Below, piece after piece: positions 49,203 to 62,098 of a DNA stretch of 64,000 nucleotides (position 1 is its first letter; the number at the start of each line of letters is the position of its first letter). The stretch covers positions 61,115 to 125,114 of the forward strand of contig NMRA01000135.1 in assembly GCA_002633005.1 (NCBI GenBank). The letters are read 5' to 3'. The stretch is from Phoronis australis (Eukaryota > Animalia > Phoronida). The notes under the pieces are model-generated. The model saw nothing but the letters and a program-made list of their open reading frames with translations, was not told where the DNA came from and did not search any database. Made by a program: the position numbers and the translations under genes.

Positions 49203-49245
49203 TTCTGTTGGTTTGGTGGTATCTGTTGGTTTGGTGGTATCTGTC
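49203..49245 (+). repeat. 18-bp tandem repeat TCTGTTGGTTTGGTGGTA x2.3
   Basis: Directly visible, with an adjacent inverted partial copy at about 49185-49201. Confidence 0.7.
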
Positions 49246-52200
49246 GTTCATGAAAAAATGGAGAGAAAAACTATTACATATCCACCATGTAGTGTGTCAA
49301 ATTATTTGAGACTTTACCTTAACTCAATAGAAAACCACACACACCACCAACCATGCTGGTATAGATTAGTACTCATGGTAATGGATTTGGGAATTTTAAA
49401 AATTCAAAGGGTGCGCGTGCAACCGAGCATGGGCATTAAAAAACAAAACAAAATTTTCGAGAAGTAGGGATGGAAGTTTGCCCAAGAAGTCAATTTGGGT
49501 AAAAACGTGAGGACTTGCGTGCAAGAGGGGGATAATTTAAATGCACAAGGTGAGCGAGCACGGGTATTTTATTACTGGAATAAGGCAAAGTACCACCAAA
49601 GCTGTTTGTTACTCAAAGGAAGAAAGTGTTGTACATTTTGGTAGCTAAAATTTAAGTGAGATGAACATTCATAAAGCCAAGGACACCGCCAAGCATGTCT
49701 TCAACGTGTAAACTGAGGATGAGGGGAGGGGGGGTAAGCCAAGTGTGGAAGTTTAAAAGTGAAATTTAGGAAATTTCAAGTATAGGCGGAAACATAAACA
49801 TGGACATTAACTTAGACAATTAGGGTGAAATAAAAAACTGGTTTTAGATTTACTGTTCAAAACAAAATGGACTGGTGAAATTGGTGCAAGTCAATCGTAT
49901 TATTGACTTCACTTCAAAGGTGTATTCTAGGTAATGTGCAAACATCGTAAAGCCAATCTGCTTCATGTTATGTTGGGAATCCCATTAATTCCCACTCCAT
50001 GCTATTAACTGCCATACCTAGAATGATATTAATGTTCAGTGCAACTAACACCAGCTTTGATTGGAATGCAGTCTCTGACCATGGTAGTGAACATTATACC
50101 TGGCGCATTCAACGCAAGTCACAAGCATGGAACCAAAAATAGAGATACAAAATTATACGACGAACTCGCAGACTGTGCAGTCTGTCTTAAATTTATACAC
50201 AGCAATTCTGCAATTATTTTCCACAAAACTAATTGACGAAAAGTGTAATTTTTCTATTATTCAAGGACCGATTACCTTGCAGCCTGTAATGGAAACTTTA
50301 CCAAATGTTGTTTCATGACAAACTCAAACTAATGAGAGACTACAATTTTCTTAATCTTTATATTTTTGAAGAGAAATTGGACAAAATATAATTTCACTCT
50401 TGTCTGCCTTATTGAGTCCTAAATAGTTTATGGTAGTTCTGTGATTTAGACGCCACTTTGACAAAGACTTAAAAACTCTCAAAGATTTAAAGTAACTTCA
50501 GGCACTATGTTCAAATTAAATTCTGGGAGCTTCATTTTTTTCAACAAATTTGCTGCTGAACTGCCATGGAAGAAAAGATACGTAGCAAAGAATGGATAAT
50601 ACATGTTCCCCACTTATGAATTCTAACATGCCAGCAAAGTCTGCAAGCCCAGCATGGAGTTTGCTCAAGAGAGCCACCATACCACTCATCAGCGATAAAT
50701 ATTGAAACTTCACAACACCATTGTGCACACTTGGCACATTCAAAGGCCTCAGATTCTAGGGATCTCCTACCTCAGATGGTTCTTTGTGATGCCTTATTTC
50801 GACTGTGTGGCATTCACGGTACCGTCCTCATACGCCAGCACCAGACTCAAGTATATTATCTATCTAACATCCGGTCAGATTATCTGCCCATCTAACCACA
50901 TGTGGTATTTTCAGACTATAAAATCGAGGCATTATCTTGTATTGCAAAAAGTAATGTCAAGCAACCATTTCTGCTAATGATAACTGGGCTTTAGGTCTTC
51001 ATTCCTTCCTAATAAATTGCCTCTTAGCAAAACTATCTTTAAGTGGACTGAAGATATGTTGTGGATTTCCACACCATGTTGTTTGGCAGTTCCAGGTGAG
51101 TGCACTCACGGATGGAACGGTCTTGCCACCTGGTGACTGGAAGAGGGGACCAGGGGATACGAAAAGTGAACACGATGTCCAGGTATAGTATTGGCAATGT
51201 CAGAGGTAGTGTTTTTCATCAAGGTATTGTTACGCATTCCCATATTATCATGACTGCCAAGGAACTATGTTGGTCTGAACTTTGAATAAACAAGGGCACC
51301 CCCTACTCACAATGTACCCTGGGCCTTAGTCAAGCCAATGCTTTCAGTTGCCAACCCCAACAGAGCTAAAGCCCAGTAGTCAGACAGAGGAGAGCAATGT
51401 TGTCCTGGCATAGACAGATATTTGGCATACTTGGGGGTATTTAACCTGTCAATGCTGAGCACCAATGCAATAAAATTTTATGATCACTCCAAGCAGGTAT
51501 TCAGATAATACCATATAATTTAGGCCATGCAGTTGTAAAGAAGTCACACCTTGGCTAAAATAGCAATCATGCCATTCAGAAATCTGCTGGGGTCTGGTTA
51601 CAAGCTCGAATTTCTTAAATTTAAACAGGGCTCTCATGATCCCCAACACACCTACCAACAGTTCTGACTCCAGCAAACTGAGAACTGTGTAATTGTTAAC
51701 TGCAGGCAGAAAAAAATGCACCAACAAAAGAAATGCCTAATTTATTTAAAGTTAAAGTCATGGCAGTGAATGTTAATAATTTAAAGAAACGCCTTTCTCC
51801 TCAAAGAACAAAGTGGTGGTTGCTCTTTCCTCTAAAATGCTGCAAGCAATTTCTGAGGGGGCATAACAACTGCCGGTCCCGTGCAAGGACTTCAGCGAAA
51901 CCTGTGGCTTTCATTTCCAATGCTTTGCATCAAGTGAGTAACATTTGTGACACTCCACCGTTTGTCTGGTATGTGTTTTCCACAAACCTTTATGCAACCA
52001 CTGCACAAATATTGGACAGAAGCGCTGACACTTCACTGATCAAATCAAACACAGGCAACAATGCCTGGCCACTGGGCTGTAAACACGATTAACCGATTTT
52101 GAACAAAACTGGTTAACAGCAGAGACAGTGCAGAGGGCTGGTGTGAATAAACTTCTGGATCTTGTTATTTTTATTGATTTCTGATGAAACCATGGCATGT

Positions 52201-55200
52201 CAATAAGTTATAGTTTCACAGTGAAGGCCCAGCCAACGTGGAAGTTAGAAATAAGGCATAACTTAACAGGCCATTAAACACACATTATATATCTTGTTAA
52301 ATCACACACTAACACAAATAACCTGATGAATCTTTTAAACCTAGATGGAGATATTTGAATCGTATCTTTGCACTAAGTTTTCAGAAAACAGAGTGTGAAG
52401 ATACCTTCAGAAAGATTAAGCCCATAAATAAAATCACAATGACAGTTGTTAATTACGAACACCGGGCCACAAGGCCACACCTGACTTCAACATGGTATTT
52501 TACCCAATTCATTTTCTTAGTCTCACAAAAACCCTCGAAGTACAACACGTTGGACAAAACCTGAACGCCTGATGTCCAGGAGCACATTAAATGTGTGCGT
52601 TCCTTCCCAATACAAATAACATATCAACAAAAATTAAACTGGTTTTAATTCCAAGCAATGAGGCTGATTATCATTCCGGTCCACGAGGTAGACACCCAGC
52701 AGAAGATATACAGCAGCTCCAACTGTAGGGATTCTCTCCAACATTGGAAATGAGATGCCGGCGCATATCCAAAATCCAGAACAATGCAACACCTCGATCA
52801 AAGGGCAAACTGGCACCACAACCAATGTCAAGTGAAGAACTCCTCAATCAGGAACCACTTATTCATTTACCAACATAAGACAATACTAGAAAGCCAATGT
52901 ACCTACCAGAGAGACGATATCTGAAAGCAGAGTAAAATACCCAGCAGAGGTTATATATGAGCGAGCCGGCAAAATATGTACCTGACTATGGGAGAGCTCC
53001 CTTCAAGCTATTATCATCTGTAGTTGGCATTGGTGTCTCACAACTATTGTTTTCACCAGACCTCCAAATGAGGCTGATTTGATCAGCATGGATACTCAGA
53101 CCAAATGTGTTTCACGTCAGGAGCTAATTTGCAGCATCAGATAGATGTTTTGTCTAGACAACTTGCACAAAATAACATAAGCACAGTGGCCCAACCCAGG
53201 CAAATAAATTCTTTGTATTCAGATAAAAGATGACATGGAACAGAGAAGTCTGGAAATCAGTCAAACACACCAAGACATTTCTTGGTTGCCCAGCCAACAC
53301 ATCATGCTCCCATCAAAACCTTGTACATCCAAAGGTAACGCACATACCTTGTGAACAATAAAATAAAGAACACTTATTTAAAATAACTACTCGAGACATC
53401 ACACCAAGCACTTAACAACTTCACGAATAATTGCAGAAACCTGCATGCAGTGTTTTCCACAATGAAAAATTCAAATCTAAAGAGAATTAAAAATTTCACG
53501 TACATGTTTTGAAACTCCATGTCTATAGAATAGAATCACTACACTAAACTAATGCCAGAAAACCACAATGTCCTGACTGGGACCCAAAAATTACACTGCA
53601 CTAGTTTTCAAACTTAACACAAGTAAGCCCAACCAGTTGGGGTGAAATTTAAACAATTGTTACTGCTGTGACAAGTCAAAATAAGTAGTGATAAACACTG
53701 GCATGTACCTGAAATTTTTGATACTTAGTCCGAGGGCGTATATTCAGAAATGGCATACTTATTACCAATATAATTCTTAAAAAAAATTAAGTCCAGGTGT
53801 ATTTTTGGGAACAAGATATGAAAAACTTTATTGCAGAACCATGCCTCCACAGCAACATACCATGATATAACAGTCACGCGTTATAGGTCATGGATACGTT
53901 GCCAGGACTGGGACGCTCTGAAAAACTAGGGAAACTCATTTTGAACGCCCTATTTTCGACATGCTGATTCAACATTTCTGTGATTTCTTGCCACAAACGC
54001 ATCACCATCTTGGAGCTAGGCAACCGAATGCAGCCTTGTTGATTTCTTTGTCACTTGCTAATGGCTGAACTAGGACATCAAAAATAAGAGCAGTCACCAT
54101 ACTTTCCAGGTAAGGTAATAGCAAGTTTGATATGCTTGACTGAATTGAGGAGAGAAAGGTGGGCGTCAAACCACTAAGAGGTCATTGGGAGAAAAAATTC
54201 ACAGGCACAATCTGAAAATCGTGACTGACCTGACACTACATGATAAATCGACATTAATAGTTTTCAGAATGTGTGTCTTAAGTTTAATAACGGAAAATGA
54301 ACGAAATGAGATTTAATGTTTTTGTTTTTTTTTAATTACCAAAATTAAAAATGTTATCTATCAAATTCGGCATATTCTGGCCACAAATTGACCGAGAATC
54401 ATTTTGCTACAGGCATGTTCAAGTTGTTCTTATGTTCAGAAGATAGAGCTGTTCTTTTCCGATTTTGCTAAAACAATAAACACAGCGTGCAGCAACTTAC
54501 AAGTAAAACAGAGCTTCGTCCTAATTCAGCAGAAAAGTAAGGTAATTCCTATATCAATAGTAAAACCGATTTTTACAACCAAAGATGTTTTTGAAAACAA
54601 AAAACCAAGGTCTCTAAAAGTCTGAGAATGTTAGCAAGACGGCTAGATTAGATTGATCAACCTAAGACAAAATGACAAGAAAAACTCTGGAAGCTTAGAT
54701 GACAGATCAAATTTGGTATGAAAACGCCAATAGCCTGAGGGTTATTATAGATGCAATAAAGAAGGGAGATTAAACTTGATCTGGTGTGAAATCACCTTAG
54801 TACCGTAATGACTAAGTCAATCCAGCTTAAAATATACTGGCTTCAAGAGAAGATTACAGATGACATTACCCAGAGAGGCTGAAGGGGAGAAATTTTACCA
54901 AAATTGTGAATAATTCTTTTGTCAGATGATCTTTCACTAGTTACGGAAATAATATAGAAAGGTCTTTAATTACAATTAAGCGATAACACTAACAATAGCT
55001 TCCAAACTAATTTTTACCAGGGGCATGCCTATAACACACAACTGGTGGATTTCGACAGCACCATCCAGAAGTGAACTCTCCTGTCATAGAGGTAGGAAAA
55101 CGTGTTGTCAAATATTGCAATGAAGTTAAGGTGTGCAACAAAATTGGGAATTGTAACAAGGCAATAGCAGATGGCATGTGGAACTTGAAAAGTCAGTGCC

Positions 55201-58200
55201 TGACAGATGTGTAGCATTGTGTACCACAGTATGCTTTTGTAACTGTGAACAAAGTTGTTGATACCAAAGATATTCACACTTCGCAATTTTTGAGACTATT
55301 AGTCCTATACGGTAAAAACTAACCCATTACCAGTACGTACAAATTAATTGTCAAACGTTAATATGGTAACATTGTTGTGAATGCCCAGTTTCTAAAAACA
55401 TTGTCTGAAGTTAGCTATAACATGCAAGTTAAAACTGTTAAAACCTGTATTCTGTGCTGCTTATCTTTTACAAAAAAGTAACAAAAGACTTCATTAGTAA
55501 GCCATATTGTGTTCTGAACTGGTGACATTGTTCCATACTGTTCAGATGACATACGTAGGTGCTCTCCCAGTGCATTGACCGCCAAAGAGAGGTCAATAAA
55601 CTAGGTGAGGAACAAAGACAGTTTGCTTAGCATTGTCTTGAATCCCACTTATTGATATTTGCAATCCAGTAATTGGTCCGTTCCCACCTTTGGGATTTAG
55701 TTAAGAAGGACCCCTGGTGACAAGTGAGTGTAATTAGCCAAATATATACAATACTAAAGATTTTAACTCCCTAACAGTGTGTGCTATATAAATAGAAAAC
55801 CTGTACAAATTGATTGTTAACTTTTTACCAATCTGCCTTTAATTAGGTCACATGGCCACGTCTCTTTAGTAACACCAGCACACAATATAGTACATTGATG
55901 CAAAACAATCGTGCCAATAACAGGATGAAATTCATTTGAAATAATCATAAAAGTCCTAAATTGACAGCCTCTCGTGTAAAGAGCATAGGAACCGAGAGTT
56001 TCATATGAAAAACCATCAAGCACTTCTGAAATAGGAAAATAGCCAAATTTTTTTCCTAGGGTCCTACATAACATTAAATAATAGTACATTACACAGCTTC
56101 ACTTAGGGACTTTGAAATTACACCTGATGGTGATATGAGCACAAGATAATGGTGAAATATGGGCAAAAGAGGCGTAAAGTAATTCTCGTTTATGTGAAAT
56201 TCATGACTTCAAGTGTTATGCGCCATACTCCAAGTAAACTCATGAAGTCGCGAATAAATGTGAGAATTACCAGGGGACTGATTTGGTAACTACATGTAGT
56301 TGAACTTGGGGAAAATGTTTAACAAATAGAATACCTAAAATCGAGCGCTAACTAACACACAGGTCTGTGTGTATTTAGTCAGCAGCTGACTGCACATTGT
56401 AATTTTGTGCAACTAACAAAATTCTATGCTGTAAAACTATAAAGGCGTGGTTATTACAGGTTTCGCACAGATGTACGTGAGCAAAGACAGGTACATGCCA
56501 TCAACAGTCTACTTAACACCTAGCAGGCCTTTGGGCCAAAATTCCACCGATGAAGGTAAATACGTCTACCTTGTATACAGCCCAGGTGGGCACACACTGA
56601 ATCAAAGACAGCTTCCCAACTGTTTACATTCCTGCTCCAAGTATTGCAATAGTGATCACATTGCTTCCTGAAAACTCTTAGAGGGCCCTCCACAAAATGA
56701 AATGGCCAGTGTGGACAACGGAAGGGAACAATTAAATGTCAATATAATAATTGTAGAAGAAGCCAATGAACGTACCTTTTCTAAACACGATTGGATACAA
56801 GTGTAATTTGAATGGTATTTGTGTTCTCAACAGTAATTAACTGAAGCCTGTTTTCAGACTTAATGGTCTAATAGAGAAATGTTCAGAAATTGATAAAAAG
56901 GACTGGACACATCCCCTTGATGACAACATTTTTGTCTGAATAAACACTGCACAGGAGAGCCAACAAAAATCCGCACAGTAAGCAACTCTTTCCCTATTTA
57001 TACTGGGGACCCCCCGAACAAACTCAATTGTAGGGTTACTACCAAAGAACAGAAATGCAGGACATGTTGCTTAGAAGGCCGACTTTTTCAAGGCCCGTTT
57101 CTTTACAAAACGGTATCTTTCCTAATAAAAGTCCCAACAAAAGGGTGCTTTATCCCACAAAAATTCATATACCGTAGGTCCTTTTTTCCAACTTCATATT
57201 TGAAATGTTTGTAGCAAAAGATGTCATTTTTGACAACATGACATACTTGCTATTGTGGGTTAGATGGTTAAAAAGTCAGCAGTTCAAAAATCATCCCGAG
57301 AGGATAGAGTTCACTGAATTAACACTTACACGGCAGTGGTATTTCTGGAAGATTGTTTTATAGAAGCTCCCTCCAAATGGGTCACTTTTATCGAGTGAAC
57401 TCTCTAAAATGGTGGTCTTACTAACATTCCAAGTATCCCATTCCCCACCAGTGAGTAGTCCTATAGTATTGGCCTCGCAACACGAACCCTTGAGTTAGTT
57501 CAGAGCCCTTGAACCTTGATACAGCAATTCTCCACTGATTTCCAGACAAAGATAAATGCCAAAAGTGTCATTTTCCATTTTGAAAAGGCTGATTATTTTA
57601 CTACTAAAAATGGAAAACTAACCAAAACTGTTTTCTAACATCTACAGAGTACAAACCAGGCTACTAATAGTCTAAAATTTGCTTAATCTTTATTCTTGGG
57701 GAGAAATTTAACAAAACAGAATTCCACCTGTTGGCCACGTTGTGAGTTAAATAAGTGAAGAATTACCAAAATGACTGGCAGCGATTGTCGTGAATAGCTA
57801 CAAGACTGGCATCAATCTTGATGGTGAATAGCTGCGATGGTACTTGCCAGATCAGAGGAGCGTGGTGGCATTCACACCAATGAGTAAAACAGTTGGCAAG
57901 TGGCAGCGTGGTCAGTTTGTGTTTTGGCATGTGCCTCAAACAACTCCAAACGGAACTGTGTGTGACCTAAACAGTATAACCCATAAACCAGCTACAACAT
58001 GCTCATTCATGATTGAGGCCAGACTTGACATGGCCCATTACAATCCACACTTTCATGCCATAATAAAGATTAAGACATTACCCAAGCAGCCCATTACACT
58101 GAAACTATCGCTGATTTGAGCATCGAGTGGAAAACAATGTCATTTTACGAATATGGTAAAATCTCACCAAATTCGAACAAAAATAATAGCCAAAATTGCA

Positions 58201-60641
58201 TATTTTTCCAATTAATTTCCAAGTGGTTCTAACATTCCTGTGAATGTTCACAACATCTCTAAATATTGTCTTTTGGTTGCTATGATACAGAAAATAAAAT
58301 ATTTCATATCCGCTACATTGCCCCCTAAATTGGGAAGATTTTAGTGTAGTCACTCAGCAGCAAAGGAGAGAAAGAGTATTTGCCAATCTGTAATTAGACT
58401 TTAAATATTTTCAAAAAAATTTGATTTCTGCCAGCAACATAAAAGACAATGACTCGCCAAGCCTGGGTTCTCAGTAGGCAGCACTGTCAGTAGTGACTTG
58501 AAAGTACAGGGACAAAATTAGCTTAGGTTATTGGCATAACTCAATGACTTTTCGCTGACAGTAAAATAAATCCTATAAAGCCGGGCATTAGGGAAAAGCT
58601 CATTACGAAGCTTCACCAGATTCCAACCTGGGAGAGGTTAACCAAAGTGGGTAGCATTAACTGATCAGTTTCAGACAAGATCCCAGCCACACCCAACCAG
58701 GGTAGACTTACAGACAAGCTGGAAACGCAAACATGAGTCAGAGATTGAAATCTGAATAGGAAGCGGTCTGTATTAGCATCGGAATGTGAGATACCAGTAG
58801 AGCGATAAAAAAACAACTGCACCTATGACCCCCACCCGTTAGATATGGTTAGCTGCTTTAGATTGTCTTTTCACAAGAGGAGGGATACCAGGACATATCC
58901 ATCTGCTTAATTTGTTACTTCGTTTAAACAAGACCTTTTTTAAAAAGACCTTTTAAAAAACATCTCACACGAAAATGAAACTGACAAGGCTTTTAATTTC
59001 AAGCTTCTGATTTTTGATGTCAGAGACACTATTGCTGAACTAGATGTCACCACATTTCAATAAACAAATTACTAACATTCTTGTGATAACAAACCAATTT
59101 ATCACCTCTGCAACACAGGAAGTGTCCAAACTTATCAAAAACATGAGGCTCTACAGTGCACACTTTGGTATCTGAACACAAACACGCCTGGTCATAACCA
59201 GAACAGTCTGGGCCCTCAACAGAGGAGCACACCCAACGTAATTGGTTGGACATATGGAGTCAATAGTGGACACAATCACACACTCACAAGAATGCTGTTA
59301 ATTGGCACCAGGCAATTAGCAGTCAGACAAATGTTGATCTTGATCTTGTAAATAAACCAACTGCAGAGTAGACTCAGTCATTGCCTAGCAATAATTGAAA
59401 ATGGAGGTTTTACCAGCAATGTGATCTTGAGCTGAGAAACCACGGGTGAAGGAAGGGTTTATACATCACCAGGCTGCAGAGAACCAGGAAGGAACTACAC
59501 AGATGCCGTCAAGAGGAAGAGCCTTTTACATGACTTTGTAAAGCTTAAATACTGTGTGTGAATTGTTACAAATTAACCACTTGTGGAACATACCAAAGTC
59601 TGATTACAGTACAAGAGTCTCACTTCCCAGAAACAATTTTTCTTATGTGTTCACTCCTAGCTGTATTTTCCAATGACTATTATACAAAAGCTGAATATTC
59701 CAAAATGGGACCACATGTATTGACTACCAGCTTCAATTTAAACTTGGAGAATGGCATTTGTTTTGAGTGACCCCAATTCACATAATACCCTGGGCAAACA
59801 CTGTGAAATGCATTATAGGGATGAGAAAACAAACTGAACCTACCCACATAACTCTACCATCCCTGCCTGAGTAGCTTTCACTTAAACAATAACTGTGTTA
59901 TTTGTTATTCTAACTGACATAGCTTCTGGTTTCTCTAGCTGTCATAGGCAAATTGCACAACTGTCAATGGCAAATTGTTCTCTGAAAAGAGGTTACTCAA
60001 TCATACTTGGACAAATTTTTGGTAGGTCAATGTCTTTGGGAACAAACACCCATAAGGAGAGAGACTGGATATAGAACAGCTGAAAACATCAATAAGTAAT
60101 CTGGTTTGCATGGCACTTTTTTGGGGGTTAGGGGTCGAGCATTCCCTGTTGTACCAGCACTGCTACTCACGGGTGTCACTGTTTTGGTTTGCCGGCAGGA
60201 TACTTTTAGTTACCATAACCTGAACCCCAGAGTGTTAGGGTACTCACAATAATTATATGAAACCAGGAAACTATGACGGATACAATGCCACTTTTGTAGT
60301 GAGAAGTTTCAGTTCCACAGTCCCTCATAAAAACCTGAATTAAGTACATTACTGACAGTGGAATGTCTCCAACTAAGCTCATTACCTTAACATAAAGAGT
60401 ACTGGTTAGGAGCTTTGAAAAATTGAAGTTGCAACCGCCATGGCTTTTGTTTTAGGAGAGCACCTAGTTGACTTACAAATACTAGCATGGCAAAACAACA
60501 GTGGTTATCATGAGCCCAGTATTCAGCAACATCAGGAGACAACTTGGAACTGTGAGCATAGGATGCACGCACATTCTCAAACTTAGGCCTAGAATTCCAT
60601 TTCTGATTCACACCCACACAGTAAAATATCGCCACTTTCAG

Positions 60642-62098
60642 AAAACAAGAGCAACGTGGAGCGTTGAAATGCACCCACGAATGGTGTGCACTTAGGGTTA
60701 TTTATTTGTATGATAAAAATGGCCACTAGATGGCGCAAAAACATACAATCCATCCAAATACAGCAATGGATACAAAACAAAACAGAGCTACCACTAGGAG
60801 GCGCCACAGTAGACAGTCGCCATCATCAAATGCCCTCTTCACACTGAGAACATTTCAATTTCAAAACCATCCCTAGAAGGATTTGGTTGACCAAGGTTTG
60901 AAAACAGCAAAAATGGCCACTAGGTGGCGCAAAATACCTAGATTCCATCCAAAAACAGGAGCAAAGTGTCAAATCTTCAATAGATGCCTATATTCAAAAT
61001 TTTATGAAAATCTGTTTTGGACCTTTGAAGATACAGAGGTAAACGTAAAAAACTAAAATTGCCACTAGGGGGACACGAGTGGTCAGATCCATCTGAAAGT
61101 CATCATCGTTCGTTGTCAACATCATATAAATACACTTGCTAAATCACGTAAAGATCCTGCAAACGGTTTAGGAAATACAGCCATGAGCGCAAAAAAATGC
61201 CAACAGGAGGCGCCACACTAATCAAAGTTGGAAAATCATTGTCAGCCGTCCACTTCATAGTTAAAACATACAAGCCACTTTTCACAATTATCCTGAAAGC
61301 GGTTTAGTTGATAGACGAGTGGACGCCAAAAAACAGACTCGAAAACAGTAAAAATGGCCACTAGGTAGCGCAAACTAGGTCGAATCCATCTGAAAATGGA
61401 GAGATGGCGTCACCTCATTCACAGATGCCTGTATGCCAAATTTTATGAAAATTTGAGGACCTTTAAAGATAGAGAGGTAAACGTAAAAAAACAAGTAAAA
61501 AATTGCCACTAGGTGGCACACCAGTAGTCGGATCTGTCTTATAGTCGTCATCCTGCATTATTAACATCATATAAATGCACTTACTAAATTTAGTAAAGAT
61601 CCTGCAAACGGTTTAGGAGATACAGCCATAGGCGCAAAAAAAAACAAAATTGCCACTAGGAGGCGCCACAGTTGTTGAAGTCGTCAGAAAACCATCGTCA
61701 GCCGTCCACTTCATAGTAAGAACATACATGACAATTTTCGCAATCATCCTTTGAGCGGTTTGGTTGATGGAGAGATGGACGCAAAAAACAGACTCTAAAG
61801 GATAGCGTCGCTTCATTAATAGATGCCTGTGTCAAATTTCATGAACATCGGTTGAGGACCTTTCAAGATACAGAGGCAAACGTAAAAAACTAAAATTGCC
61901 ATCAGGGGGCACAGCGGTATTCGGGTCGGTTCGAACCTCGTCGCCCTTTGTCGTCAACCCCATAGGAACACACCTGACAAATTTCAATAAGATCCTGCAA
62001 GGGGTTTAGGAGATACAGCCGCAGACGCTGGATGCCATATGCCCAGACAGAAATGACAGCAATATGCACCCACATATAAATATGTGGGCGCATAAAAA
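60642..62098 (-). mobile_element. Helentron-associated (HINE/DINE-1-like) element with an internal satellite array of about 145-bp units
   Basis: A-runs at both ends. Terminal palindrome CAACG-TGGAG-CGTTG (60652-60666) lies beside subTIR ATGCACCCAC (60669-60678). The other end has the hairpin ATGCACCCACATA-TAAA-TATGTGGGCGCAT (62064-62093) preceded by a GACAG-type simple repeat. Internal units show a higher-order period of about 440-450 bp. Confidence 0.7.

Noticed and set aside
47000-60600. Many 60-120 aa ORFs suggesting a nested gene
   Set aside because: No recognisable domains, no consistent exon chain, and composition typical of AT-rich intronic DNA with decayed repeats.
60700-62000. Regularly spaced conserved motifs suggesting a CRISPR-like array
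   Set aside because: The intervening sequences are homologous to each other (satellite monomers), the context is eukaryotic and there are no cas genes.
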